Positions 9,797-19,350 of a stretch of 64,000 bases of DNA are shown piece by piece. Below the pieces are notes generated by a model that worked only from the letters and a program-made list of their open reading frames with translations, did no database searches and had not been told where the DNA came from. The DNA comes from Myxococcota bacterium. Lineage in GTDB: Bacteria; Myxococcota_A; UBA796; UBA2385. Numbering within the stretch: the first letter of the stretch is position 1; the number at the start of each line of letters is the position of its first letter. The position numbers were made by a program, and so were the translations under genes. The stretch covers positions 96,001 through 160,000 of the forward strand of contig JBIJDH010000007.1 in NCBI GenBank assembly GCA_044344255.1, written 5' to 3'.

Positions 9797-9918
9797 CCAA
9801 AACCTGTCATCGGTCTATCGACCTGCTAGCATGTCTTGGATCCAACCGCCCTCCCGCTCTTGGTCCTTCGCTCCCGAAGACATCCCCCCGTAGACGCTGA
9901 CCGCCCCGAGGTGGAATC

Positions 9919-11073
9919 ATGATCGCACTCCTGGCCCTCTTCACCGCTGCCCACGCGGGCTCTTTCGAAGACTGGTCCTGCACGGACTACCCGGATGAGG
10001 GAGAGTCGGTCCTCGGCACCGACGGCTGGTCGGGCGGCTTCGACCAGGATGCCTGGCAGGGCTATGCCGACGGTGGTGATCAGTGGGTCTACTCCACGTC
10101 CGACGACAACGAGTACGACTTCGGCGGCGACTTCGGGGAGGGCGGGGCCCGCGACAACTGGCTCATCAACTCGAACGTCGACTGTGCAGACTGTTTCCTG
10201 TTCACCGAGACCTACACCGACGACGACGACGCGGCGGGGCTCGTCTTCAACATGGTGGACGGCCGCAACTTCTACATGGTGCTGCTCTCGGGTGACGAGA
10301 GCCGCGGCAGCGTGGGCTCCTCTCCCTTCGATCCGCCCGATGACATCTTCACCGCGCTCGTCAAGGTGGAGGACGGCGTCGCGACCATCCTCGACTATTC
10401 GAGTCACAGCTACTACGCTGGTTACACCTTCCTCATCGCCGCGGGTGCCAATGACGGAGAGGTCTGGGCGAAGGTCTGGTACGACACCGGCGCCGATTGG
10501 GAGGACAGTGACATCGACCTCGCGGGCGCTGACTCCGCGCCGCTCGCCGGCACCGGCGGCTTCTACGGCTACGACGCCGGCGGCTACGGCAGCGGCTACC
10601 TCGCCTTCGGGGAGGTCTACCACTACGCCTACGACGACGACGACGACGGCGTGGCCGACGACGAGGACAACTGCGAGTTCGACGCCAACGGAGACCAAGC
10701 CGACGCGGACGAGGACGGCGTCGGCACCGCCTGTGATCCCGATGAGGGGGGCGGTACGGACGGCACGGACGGCACGGACGGGACCGACGGGACCGACGGG
10801 ACCGACGGCACCGACGGGACCGACGGGACCGACGGCACGGACGGCACGGACGGCACGGACGGGACCGACGGCACGGACGGCACGGACGGCACCGACGGCA
10901 CGGACGGGACCGACGGCGCGGATGGCACCGACGGCGTGACAGGCGGCGCCAAGAACGCGCCGGGCGGCGATCTGAGCGCCTGCTCCTGCAACGGCACCGG
11001 CGGCGTGATGGGCGGCCTGATCTTCGCGGTGAGCGCCGCGCTCGGGCGTCGTCGCCGCACCGTCAAGGCCTGA
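9919..11073 (+). CDS. Secreted surface protein: lectin/TSP-C-like domain, TSP3 repeat, (GTD)n linker, MYXO-CTERM-like tail
   Basis: Signal peptide (AHA); DDDAAGLVF..FYMV; DDDGVADDEDNC...NGDQADADEDGVGTACD; CSC-TM-RRRR C-terminus. Confidence 0.8.
   Translation: MIALLALFTAAHAGSFEDWSCTDYPDEGESVLGTDGWSGGFDQDAWQGYADGGDQWVYSTSDDNEYDFGGDFGEGGARDNWLINSNVDCADCFLFTETYTDDDDAAGLVFNMVDGRNFYMVLLSGDESRGSVGSSPFDPPDDIFTALVKVEDGVATILDYSSHSYYAGYTFLIAAGANDGEVWAKVWYDTGADWEDSDIDLAGADSAPLAGTGGFYGYDAGGYGSGYLAFGEVYHYAYDDDDDGVADDEDNCEFDANGDQADADEDGVGTACDPDEGGGTDGTDGTDGTDGTDGTDGTDGTDGTDGTDGTDGTDGTDGTDGTDGTDGTDGTDGADGTDGVTGGAKNAPGGDLSACSCNGTGGVMGGLIFAVSAALGRRRRTVKA
10753..10932 (+). repeat. 9-bp coding tandem repeat, 20 x Gly-Thr/Ala-Asp
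   Basis: ggN acN gac units with synonymous variation; one unit is Gly-Ala-Asp. Confidence 0.95.
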
Positions 11074-11118
11074 TCGGGTTGACGACCGGGCCCGAGACGA
11101 CCGGTTAAGGCGGCCGCC

Positions 11119-11985
11119 ATGCTGTGGACCGCCTGCCGAATCGTCGCCTTCGACACCGAGACCACGGGGCTCAACCCCTTCGATGGCGACCGCGTGATCG
11201 AGTTCGGCGCCGTCGAGCTCGAGGTGGGCGCGGATGGTCGCGTGCTCCGCGTCAAGCCGCACCAAATGTTCATCAACCCCGAGATCCCGATCCCGCGGGC
11301 CGCCTCGAAGGTGAGCGGGATCACCGACGACGATGTCTCGGGGGCCCCCCTCTTCGGGGACGTCTCCGAGCGGGTGCGCTCGATCCTCCAGGACGCGGTG
11401 GTGGTGGCCCACAACCTGTCCTTCGACATCGGCTTCATCCGCACCGAGCTCAAGCGGGTCGGGAAGTTCTGGCCGCGCACGCGGGCCGAGGTCGACACGC
11501 TGCCGCTGTCCCAGCGCCTGCTGCCGGAGCTCAAGTCGCACAAGCTGGAGGCGATCTGCACGGCGCTGGGCGTCCCCCTCGACAACGCCCACCGCGCCTC
11601 TCATGACGCCGAGGCCTGCGGCCGGGCCTTCATCGAGCTGGCCCGCCGAAAGGCCGCCCCAGGTGACCTCGAGGGCCTCTGCGAGTGGGCCGACGCCGTG
11701 GGACCGCCGCCCGACACCGGGCACATCGTGCTCGGAGACCGCGGCGGGGCCGAGCTCCGCTTCGGGGCCCACGCGGGCGACCTCGTCGAGAAGCACCCCG
11801 AGGTGCTCCAATGGATGACCATGGCCTTGGAGCGGAAGGAGGGTCGATGGGTGCCCCGCTTCCCCGACTCGGTGCAGCAGTGGGCTCGGCGCTGGCTGAG
11901 GGTCCGCGGCGCCGGTCGGGCCATCCCCCCTCAGCGCAGCCAGGGCGCCCAGGACTGGACCCTCGACCCTCCGGCGTGGCGATGA
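11119..11985 (+). CDS. DEDDh 3'-5' exonuclease (DnaQ/PolC-exonuclease-like) with C-terminal extension
   Basis: FDTETTG, AHNLSFD, HRASHDA (Exo I-III motifs). Confidence 0.9.
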   Translation: MLWTACRIVAFDTETTGLNPFDGDRVIEFGAVELEVGADGRVLRVKPHQMFINPEIPIPRAASKVSGITDDDVSGAPLFGDVSERVRSILQDAVVVAHNLSFDIGFIRTELKRVGKFWPRTRAEVDTLPLSQRLLPELKSHKLEAICTALGVPLDNAHRASHDAEACGRAFIELARRKAAPGDLEGLCEWADAVGPPPDTGHIVLGDRGGAELRFGAHAGDLVEKHPEVLQWMTMALERKEGRWVPRFPDSVQQWARRWLRVRGAGRAIPPQRSQGAQDWTLDPPAWR

Positions 11986-12605
11986 GGGCGTCTTTGGGCC
12001 TGGCGCTCGTGGTGTCGCTCGCCGGCTGCGATCCGTTTCAGCGCAGCGACAAGGCCAGCCTCGTGCGGCAGCTCGATCGGGAGGTGATCGCGCTGCGGAT
12101 CAAGAACGAGCAGCTCGAGGGGCGACTGCTGCAGGGCGCGGGCCACTCCGAGACGCCAAATCCTATCTATGCTGAGCTCGTGCAGGTCTTCACCGGCTCC
12201 GAGGTTGAGGTGGTGCGGAGCGGCAATCGCACCGTGGTCACCCTCCCGTCGAGCCTGCTCTTCGGCAGCTGGGGGCTCACCGTGCGCCAAGAGGCGGCGA
12301 TGACCCTCGACCTCCTCGCGACCGCGCTCAAGCTCCACCCGGAGCTCAAGGTGGTGGTGGTGGGGCACATCGACGACGCGCCGATGCCGGCGGCCCTGCG
12401 CCGGCAGGTGGGCTCGGCCTGGGAGCTCGGGGCCATCCGCGCTGCCGCCACGGCCCGCGCCCTCATCGAGACCTACGGCGTCCCCGGGGGCCGGTTCATG
12501 GTGGCCAGCCGGGGGATGGAGGAGCCGCTCGTCTCCAACGACACGCCCGAAGGGCGGTCCCGCAACCGCCGCGTCGTCCTCACCCTCACGCCGGCCTTCC
12601 CCTGA
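11982..12605 (+). CDS. OmpA/MotB-family peptidoglycan-binding lipoprotein
   Basis: ATGA overlap with the exonuclease; LAGC lipobox; coiled coil; GHIDD, WELGAIRA, NRRV motifs. Confidence 0.85.
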   Translation: MRASLGLALVVSLAGCDPFQRSDKASLVRQLDREVIALRIKNEQLEGRLLQGAGHSETPNPIYAELVQVFTGSEVEVVRSGNRTVVTLPSSLLFGSWGLTVRQEAAMTLDLLATALKLHPELKVVVVGHIDDAPMPAALRRQVGSAWELGAIRAAATARALIETYGVPGGRFMVASRGMEEPLVSNDTPEGRSRNRRVVLTLTPAFP

Positions 12606-12645
12606 GCCGCCCCAGGGCGGGGCGCGCCTGCTACGATGGGCCCCG

Positions 12646-13248
12646 ATGTCGAGGTGCCCGCTGCGTGGTGCCTCCGCCGGAGCGCTCGTGAATTGCCGCT
12701 TGACCGTTGCCTTCCTCTGCCTGTCCGCGTCCGCGTTCGGATGCAAGGGTGATGACGACGACAGCAGCGGCTCCAGCGGCGGGGGCCTGAGCGCGGCGGA
12801 GTGTGGGGATCCGGATGGCGATGGCGGCGACACCGGTGACGTCCCGAACATCCTCGGGAAGTGGACGGTCACCTTCGGTGAGAGCGTCTACGCCGACAAC
12901 GCCTGCACGTTGGCGGGCCTCGAGCAGGATGACATGACCTGGATCAATGGCAACATGGAGGTCAAGGGCCGCATCCCCGACAACCTCTACGCCATCTTCG
13001 ATGACAACGACGAAGATCGCTTCTACGGCGTGGAAGATTCCCAGGGCGGGGTCGTCTTTACGGGCACCAAGGTGGTCTCCGGCCACACGCTGTATGTGAG
13101 CGTGGGCGGTCTGCTCTACGAGCAGCCGCAGGTCGACCGGGACGAGCTCCGGGGCTTCGGCTACATGGGGGTGGACGAGGACGGCGCCGATACCACCATC
13201 GACTGCTGGATTCAGGCTGACTTCAGAGCGACCAAGAGCGGGAACTGA
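12646..13248 (+). CDS. Hypothetical lipoprotein (beta-rich)
   Basis: SAFGC lipobox; acidic linker; the start could be GTG 12688. Confidence 0.7.
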   Translation: MSRCPLRGASAGALVNCRLTVAFLCLSASAFGCKGDDDDSSGSSGGGLSAAECGDPDGDGGDTGDVPNILGKWTVTFGESVYADNACTLAGLEQDDMTWINGNMEVKGRIPDNLYAIFDDNDEDRFYGVEDSQGGVVFTGTKVVSGHTLYVSVGGLLYEQPQVDRDELRGFGYMGVDEDGADTTIDCWIQADFRATKSGN

Positions 13249-13252
13249 CGGA

Positions 13253-15034
13253 ATGGCGGTGGGAAGACCGGAGCCCGGGATCCCCGGGAAGTCGCTCCTC
13301 GCGGCCTATGAGCCGCGGTTCAGGGCCGGGCTGCGCCTGCGCCCCGACCAGGCCGATGACCCCAGCGCCCTCGGAGAGGCCCTGCGAAAGCTGGAGGGGC
13401 CTCCTCGAGACCTCGCGGACTGTCTCCTGGCGGGGGTCGGGGCCGGTGAGGCCGTCCCCGAGCGCTTCCGGGCGGCCATCGACGCCGAAGGGGAGGCGCT
13501 GTGGCAGACCGCCTTCCTCCTCCCCCGCGCGGCGCCGAGCCCTGGCTCCACCATCGATCCACGCTTCTACAGCGGCTTCTGCAGGGTCAACCCGGCCCTT
13601 CACCGGACCCGCCTCTTCTCTCACCTCCACGAGGAGGGAGAGGGGCCCGACCACAGTCCGCCGAGCGACGGCCGCTGGGACGCCATCATCGTCGCCGCCG
13701 CCCTCGAGGCGGATCCCCCTCGGCTCACCCGCGGCGGCGGCCTCCGAAAGGACGATGAGCGCCGCTTCCTCGCCCGCCTCGGGCCCGACGGCGACCGCTG
13801 GTCCCTCGCCCTCGCGGTCGCGATGGCGATCGGCCTCGCGCGGCCGGCGGCCAACGGGCTCCACGGCTTCCCAGAGAGCAAGCCGCGGCCGCTCACCGAT
13901 CCGGCCAGCCTCCTCGAGGAGGAGGGGGCCCGGGGCGCCGCGGCGCTCCTGCTGCGCATCATCGACCGCCGCTGGGTCCGCTTCCAGGCCCTCCAGGAGG
14001 AGCTCGAGCGCCGCTGCCCAGAGGTGCTGGCCGCCTCGGTGGGCATGGCCTGGTCGCAGCGCGAAGCGCACTGGCTGCGCGACGCCGCCGACGTGCTGCA
14101 CCGAGTCGGCGTCTTCGACGCAGAGCGGGGCTCGGAGGGCATCACCCGCCTCCGGCGCGCCACCGGGTCCCCCGCGCGTCCGCCGGGCTTTCTGCTGACG
14201 CCAGACCGGGAGATCCTGGTCGCCCCGGGTGATCTCCCCGGCCCCGACTACGGTCGCCTCTGCCGGATGGCGCCCTACGTGGACGGCGACGTCGTCTGCC
14301 GGCACCGGCTCACGCGCGAGGGCATCCAGGCCGATCTCGCCACCGGCTACGACGACGCCGCCGACTGGCTCGCCGCCCGGTCGCGCACCGGCCTCGCCAG
14401 CAACGTGCGCTCCGCGCTCTCGGAGTGGGTGCTCTCCGCCTCCCGCTTCACGCTCTACAGCGGCGTGACGGTCCTCGAAGAGCCGGGCGGAGGCTTCCGG
14501 GTCGCCCGAGGCGGGGTGCCGGCCGGCGCGCGCGAGATCTTCTACGACAGCCCGCCGGTGGCCTCTTTCACCATCCGCGAGGGCGTGCTGCAAGTGCCAG
14601 TGGGGCAAGACCCGCTCACCGTGCGCGCCTTGTGCAACCGCCTCGGCGAGGCCCTCCCGCCCAAGGTCGCTGCGCTGGGCGCACCGGGTGAGCCCGCGGG
14701 GCCGGCGCTCTGGCGCTGGCGCCTCCGGCCGTCCCCCATCCCAGACCCGGACCACTTCCTCGATCAGCTGCGACGGTACAGCGACGGCGACGTGCCGGGC
14801 GACGTCGAGGCCGCGGTGCACGCGGCGGGCGGGCGCTCGCGCTGTCGGCTCGAGCCTTCGGTCATCCTGCACCTGCCCGAGCCCGCGGCCCTCGCCCTCC
14901 AGCGCGACCCCGTGGTGGGCGCCCTCCTCAAGCGGCAGGTGGCCCCCGGCGCCGTGGTGGTCCGCCAGGATGGGCTCGCCCAGGTGCTCGAGCGCCTCGC
15001 CCTCCTCGGCTTCTCGGTCGAAGACGAGCCCTGA
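13253..15034 (+). CDS. Helicase-associated (XPB N-terminal/Helicase_C_3-like) domain protein without a helicase motor
   Basis: LLTPDREILV...HRLTREGIQA...LAARSRTGLASNVRSALSEW pattern, plus a second degenerate copy near the C-terminus. Confidence 0.7.
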   Translation: MAVGRPEPGIPGKSLLAAYEPRFRAGLRLRPDQADDPSALGEALRKLEGPPRDLADCLLAGVGAGEAVPERFRAAIDAEGEALWQTAFLLPRAAPSPGSTIDPRFYSGFCRVNPALHRTRLFSHLHEEGEGPDHSPPSDGRWDAIIVAAALEADPPRLTRGGGLRKDDERRFLARLGPDGDRWSLALAVAMAIGLARPAANGLHGFPESKPRPLTDPASLLEEEGARGAAALLLRIIDRRWVRFQALQEELERRCPEVLAASVGMAWSQREAHWLRDAADVLHRVGVFDAERGSEGITRLRRATGSPARPPGFLLTPDREILVAPGDLPGPDYGRLCRMAPYVDGDVVCRHRLTREGIQADLATGYDDAADWLAARSRTGLASNVRSALSEWVLSASRFTLYSGVTVLEEPGGGFRVARGGVPAGAREIFYDSPPVASFTIREGVLQVPVGQDPLTVRALCNRLGEALPPKVAALGAPGEPAGPALWRWRLRPSPIPDPDHFLDQLRRYSDGDVPGDVEAAVHAAGGRSRCRLEPSVILHLPEPAALALQRDPVVGALLKRQVAPGAVVVRQDGLAQVLERLALLGFSVEDEP

Positions 15035-15356
15035 GGGCCCCCGGCGTGGGGCCGGTCGGCCGGGAGACGGGTTGGAGGCCGTGGAACGAGGCGTCCCCAC
15101 AGGGTGCTCCGCGAATTCGCCCGCGTTCCACAACCCTCGATAGAATTCTCGACCCACTCTTGCGCTGACAAGAGTGACCCGCTACCTTGTGTTCCCCACC
15201 GGTGTGTTCCCCGACACACCACACCCGCCCCGCCCCACTCAGCGCCTCGTGTCAGCCCCCACGCTGACGCAGCCGAACGCCCTGTCCCCTCCCCGTGAGG
15301 GTGCTTGAGCCTCGGTCGGCGCTCCCACCCCTCCGCCCCGTCGAGAGCCTCCGCCC

Positions 15357-16193
15357 ATGCCGCGCGTCCTCGCGATCTCCAATCAGAAAGGTGGGGTCGG
15401 CAAGACCACCACCGCCGTCAACCTCGCCGCCGCCCTGGCCCTGGAAGACCGCACCGTCCTGCTCATTGACCTTGACCCTCAGGGCAACGCGTCGAGCGGC
15501 ATGGGCTTCCCGAAGGCGCAGAACCAGATGGGCATCGCCGATGTCCTGCTGGGCTTCCGCGATCTCCAGAGCGTCTCGCTCCACACGGCCATTGACGGCC
15601 TCCACCTCGCCCCCGCCACGCGGGAGCTGGTGGGCGTCGAGGTCGAGCTGGTCGAGGCCGAGCAGCGGGAGTTCCGCCTGCGGGAGGCCCTCGAGGGCCA
15701 GATCAGCGGCTACGACTACGTGATCCTCGACTGCCCCCCCTCGCTCGGCCTCATCACCGTCAACGCCTTCGCGGCGGCTGACGGCGTGATCGTGCCGCTC
15801 CAGGCCGAGTATTACGCGATGGAGGGGCTGAGCGAGCTGCTCCGCACCCTCAACCAGATCCGCAAGGGCGGCCTCAACCGCAACCTGGACCGCGCGGGCA
15901 TCCTCCTCACGATGGTCGACCGCCGCACCAACCTCGGCCGCGATGTCTGTGAGCAGGCCCGCAACGTCTTCGGCGCCGAGGTCTTCCAGACCGAGATCCC
16001 GCGCAACATCCGGCTCAGCGAGGCCCCGAGCTTCGGTAAGCCCGTCCACGCCTACGATCCGCTCTGCCGCGGCGCGATCTCCTACACGAGCCTCGCCCTC
16101 GAGCTCATCGCCCGCGAGAAGGGTGAGGCGGTCGAGCCCGAGGTCGCTCACGAGGCCCCCAGCCTGCGTGTGGTCGGCGGGAGGGCCTCATGA
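15357..16193 (+). CDS. parA: Chromosome partitioning ATPase ParA/Soj
   Basis: NQKGGVGKTT, DLDPQGNA, DCPPSLG, PRNIRLSEAPSFG. Confidence 0.97.
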   Translation: MPRVLAISNQKGGVGKTTTAVNLAAALALEDRTVLLIDLDPQGNASSGMGFPKAQNQMGIADVLLGFRDLQSVSLHTAIDGLHLAPATRELVGVEVELVEAEQREFRLREALEGQISGYDYVILDCPPSLGLITVNAFAAADGVIVPLQAEYYAMEGLSELLRTLNQIRKGGLNRNLDRAGILLTMVDRRTNLGRDVCEQARNVFGAEVFQTEIPRNIRLSEAPSFGKPVHAYDPLCRGAISYTSLALELIAREKGEAVEPEVAHEAPSLRVVGGRAS

Positions 16194-17080
16194 GCCGCCC
16201 CTCGCTGGGCCGTGGCCTCTCCGCCCTCATCCCCGAGCACCTCTTCACCGACGAGCCCGACATCCGGAAGGGTGAGGCGCCGCGGGCCAAGGAGGCGCTG
16301 CGCAAGGTGCCGCTCGATCGGATCAAGCCGAACCCGAGCAACCCCCGCCTGACCTTCTCCGGCGCCGGCCTCGAGCAGCTCGCCGAGTCGATCAAGGCCC
16401 ATGGCGTCCTTACCCCGCTCCTCGTCCGCAAGGATGAGCGGGGCGACGGCTACGTGCTCATCGCCGGAGAGCGCCGCTTGCGGGCCTCGGGCATGGCCGG
16501 GCTCGAAGAGGTTCCGGTCTGGGTCCGCGAAGACGTCGACACCCGCGAGCAGCTCGAGCTCGCCCTCGTCGAGAACATCCAGCGGGAAGACCTCGACGCC
16601 ATCGAGACCGCCGAGGCCTACCGCCGCCTCGTGGACGAATTCAAGCTCACGCAGGCCGAGGTCGCGCGGCGCGTCGGCAAAGACCGCGCCACCATCGCCA
16701 ACGCGATCCGCCTGCTGCGCCTGCCGGAGCCCATCCTCGAAGAGCTGCGCGCCGGCCGCATCTCGGCCGGTCACGGCAAGGCCCTGCTGGCCCTCGCCGA
16801 CGACGACGTCATGGCCCGCGCCCTCCGCGAGGTCCTCACCAAGGACCTCTCGGTGCGGGCCACGGAGCGCCTCGTGAGCCAGCTCCTCCGCCCGGTCCCC
16901 CACCGCCCCAAGGCCGACGCGACGCCTGCCCTCCAGCGGATCGGAGACCAGCTCTCGCGCGGGCTCGGCACCAAGGTGCACCTCGAAGGCCGCCCCCGCG
17001 GTGACCGTGGCCGCATCGTCATCGAGTTCTTCAGCCGTGAAGAGCTCGAGCGGCTCATCCTGCAGCTCACCCCCGAGTAG
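16190..17080 (+). CDS. parB: Chromosome partitioning protein ParB/Spo0J
   Basis: LGRGLSAL, IAGERRLRA, ENIQREDL, HTH GKDRATIAN; ATGA-coupled to parA. Confidence 0.97.
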   Translation: MSRPSLGRGLSALIPEHLFTDEPDIRKGEAPRAKEALRKVPLDRIKPNPSNPRLTFSGAGLEQLAESIKAHGVLTPLLVRKDERGDGYVLIAGERRLRASGMAGLEEVPVWVREDVDTREQLELALVENIQREDLDAIETAEAYRRLVDEFKLTQAEVARRVGKDRATIANAIRLLRLPEPILEELRAGRISAGHGKALLALADDDVMARALREVLTKDLSVRATERLVSQLLRPVPHRPKADATPALQRIGDQLSRGLGTKVHLEGRPRGDRGRIVIEFFSREELERLILQLTPE

Positions 17081-17112
17081 CGCTCCGTACGGGGCCGGGC
17101 CTGGAGGCGACC

Positions 17113-17463
17113 GTGGCGCGAAAGTCCACCCCTGAGGCGCCGCTCACCGTCATCGGCGCCAACACCTTCCAGGAGGGAGACCTCTCCTGGGAGGGGCGGG
17201 TGCGCATCGACGGCCACTACAAGGGGCGCCTCTACTCCGAGGAGCAGCTTGAGGTGGGCGTAGACGGCTTCGTCGAGGGGGACGCCGACGTCGCCCGCGC
17301 CACCGTCGCCGGCCGCATGTCAGGCCGGATCCGCGTGCGCGAGAAGCTCATCCTGCTGCGCACCGCGCGCATCGAGGGGAAGCTCGACGTCGGGCTCCTC
17401 GAGATCGCGCCCGGCGCCCGCGTCCAGGCCGACGTCTCCATCCGGGGCTCGGAGATCCCATGA
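17113..17463 (+). CDS. Bactofilin (polymer-forming cytoskeletal protein)
   Basis: TVIG....EGDL..EG.VRIDG..KG beta-helix repeats; GGAGG Shine-Dalgarno. Confidence 0.9.
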   Translation: MARKSTPEAPLTVIGANTFQEGDLSWEGRVRIDGHYKGRLYSEEQLEVGVDGFVEGDADVARATVAGRMSGRIRVREKLILLRTARIEGKLDVGLLEIAPGARVQADVSIRGSEIP

Positions 17464-17496
17464 CCATCCTCCGAGGGCCGCAGCGCCCGTGAGCGT

Positions 17497-18084
17497 GTGT
17501 CGATGATCCTCCTCATCGCCGGTGGCACCGCGAGCGGGAAGTCCACGCTCGCGCGGGCCCTCGCCGAGCGCACGGGCGCGCTCCTCATCGAGCACGACCG
17601 CTACTACAAGAGCGTGTCGGTCGAGGACGCCCCCGGCCACAACTTCGACGAGCCCGCCGCCCTCGAGACCGAGCTGCTGATCGAGCACCTCGACGCCCTC
17701 TCCCGCGGCGAGCGTGTGTCCTTGCCGATCTACGACTTCGCGCATCATCGACGGAGCGAACAGACCACGAGCGTCGGCCCCCGGCCGGTGATCCTCGTGG
17801 AGGGCATCCTCGCCCTCGCCGAGCCTGCGCTGCGGGATCGTGCCACGGTGCGGGTCTTCGTGTCGGCGGAGGCCGACGTGCGCCTCGCCCGGCGCGTCCG
17901 CCGCGACGTCCTCGAGCGGGGCCGCGACATCGAGGAGGTCTTGCTGCGGTACTTCAACACGGTGCGGCCGATGCACGCGCAGTGGATCGAGCCCACCCGG
18001 GCCTTCGCAGACCTCGTGCTCGACGGCGAGAAGCCTGTGGTCGAGCTCCTCTCCATCTTGTTGCCCATCGTGGGCGGGGCCTGA
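17497..18084 (+). CDS. udk: Uridine kinase
   Basis: AGGTASGKST, D.YY, NFDEP, VEGIL, RRDVLERGR, RPMH..IEP. Confidence 0.9.
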   Translation: MSMILLIAGGTASGKSTLARALAERTGALLIEHDRYYKSVSVEDAPGHNFDEPAALETELLIEHLDALSRGERVSLPIYDFAHHRRSEQTTSVGPRPVILVEGILALAEPALRDRATVRVFVSAEADVRLARRVRRDVLERGRDIEEVLLRYFNTVRPMHAQWIEPTRAFADLVLDGEKPVVELLSILLPIVGGA

Positions 18085-18106
18085 GGGCCGCCGAGGAGCG
18101 AGCGCG

Positions 18107-18814
18107 ATGTCGGTCCTGTCCTGTGAGCGCTGTGGGAAGGCCTATGGGGCGGCCGACGTGAACGTCCAGCTCGGCCTCGCGACCTGCCGCGGCTGCGACA
18201 CGGTCTACCAGCTCAGCCCCCCCGCGGTGGCGCCGCGGCCGCAGCGGGAGCGTGGGCGGCTGGGCATCCCGGAGGGCTGGAGCGAGGGCACGGACGGCCA
18301 GGGCCTGCTCCTGCGCCGGCGCTGGCGGGGCCCCACCGCCTACTTCCTGCTCCTGTTCTGTCTCTTCTGGGATGGCATCGTCGGCGTCTTCTGGCTGGGC
18401 GCGCTCGGCGGAGCCCTCGAGCAGAGCGGGGAGGTGAGCGAGGCGCCGCCCATCTTCTTCCTGCTCCCGCACACCCTCGTGGGGCTCGGCCTCACCTACG
18501 TCATGCTGGCGAGCCTCTTGAACACGACCGAGCTCCGGGTCGGCGGGGGGCGGCTCACCGTCCGCCACGGCCCTGTGCCCTGGTGGGGCTCCCGCGACGT
18601 CCCTACGGCGGGCCTGCGCCAGCTCTTCGTGAGTGAGTCCTCGGTCCGCGTGAACCGCCGTCCGACCTACAACCTCTGCTATCTGGACGACGGCTCCGTG
18701 GCCCGCACGCTGGTGAGCTCCCTCCAGACGGTCGCCGAGCTCCGCTGGGCAGAGCAGCGCATCGAAGAGCGGCTCGAGATCAAGGACGAGGCCGTCGCCG
18801 ACGAGGTCGGCTGA
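18107..18814 (+). CDS. Membrane protein with N-terminal Zn-ribbon and two TM helices
   Basis: CERC...CRGC; AGGAG before ATG 18107; TM segments FCLFWDG and PHTLVGLGL. Confidence 0.75.
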   Translation: MSVLSCERCGKAYGAADVNVQLGLATCRGCDTVYQLSPPAVAPRPQRERGRLGIPEGWSEGTDGQGLLLRRRWRGPTAYFLLLFCLFWDGIVGVFWLGALGGALEQSGEVSEAPPIFFLLPHTLVGLGLTYVMLASLLNTTELRVGGGRLTVRHGPVPWWGSRDVPTAGLRQLFVSESSVRVNRRPTYNLCYLDDGSVARTLVSSLQTVAELRWAEQRIEERLEIKDEAVADEVG

Positions 18815-18828
18815 GCGTCGCCGGCCCC

Positions 18829-19305
18829 TCAGCGTCGCGCCCGCCCGTCGCCGCCCCGGAGCGTGGTGACGAGGTTGTCGATGTAGGCGCCGATGAGGCG
18901 GGTGTTCTCGTGGGCCACCACCGCCTCTACCGCGGCGCGGGTGAGGCGCGGGAAGGGGGTGTCGATCTCGAAGCGGGCCACCATTCGGATCCGGGTGCCG
19001 CCCGGCTCGGGCTCGAGGCGCCACTCGCCGTCTACCGCGGTGTTGCCGAAGCCCGGCACCCGCGCCCAGGCGACGCGCAGGGCCGTTGGGGCAATGAGGT
19101 AACGGCTGGCGTACGCGACCTGGAAGCGCAGCGGCCCGGCCCCGAGCTCGCGGAGGCGCCACTGCCAGACCTCGCCCACCGGCCGCACCGACTCGACGTC
19201 GGGGAAGTGCTGGACCGAGCGGGGGACGTCGGCGAGGAGGGCGAAGGCGGCGGCCCGATCCACGGGCGCGAGGCGGTGCTGGTCTACGGTGGCGGTGATC
19301 AACAT
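18829..19305 (-). CDS. SRPBCC/CoxG-like ligand-binding protein
   Basis: AFALLADV...HFP.V, GEWRL pattern, C-terminal helix; typical size. Confidence 0.75.
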   Translation of the reverse strand: MLITATVDQHRLAPVDRAAAFALLADVPRSVQHFPDVESVRPVGEVWQWRLRELGAGPLRFQVAYASRYLIAPTALRVAWARVPGFGNTAVDGEWRLEPEPGGTRIRMVARFEIDTPFPRLTRAAVEAVVAHENTRLIGAYIDNLVTTLRGGDGRARR

Positions 19306-19350
19306 CCGCCAAGCCTACTCCGCGCTAAGATGGCCGACACCGGGAGCCCG

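Noticed and set aside
10753..10932. Repeat tract as a CRISPR array
   Set aside because: 9-bp in-frame coding units with no spacers and no cas genes.
11982..12605. Flagellar motB
   Set aside because: Lipobox instead of the Asp-containing TM helix, and no motA neighbour.
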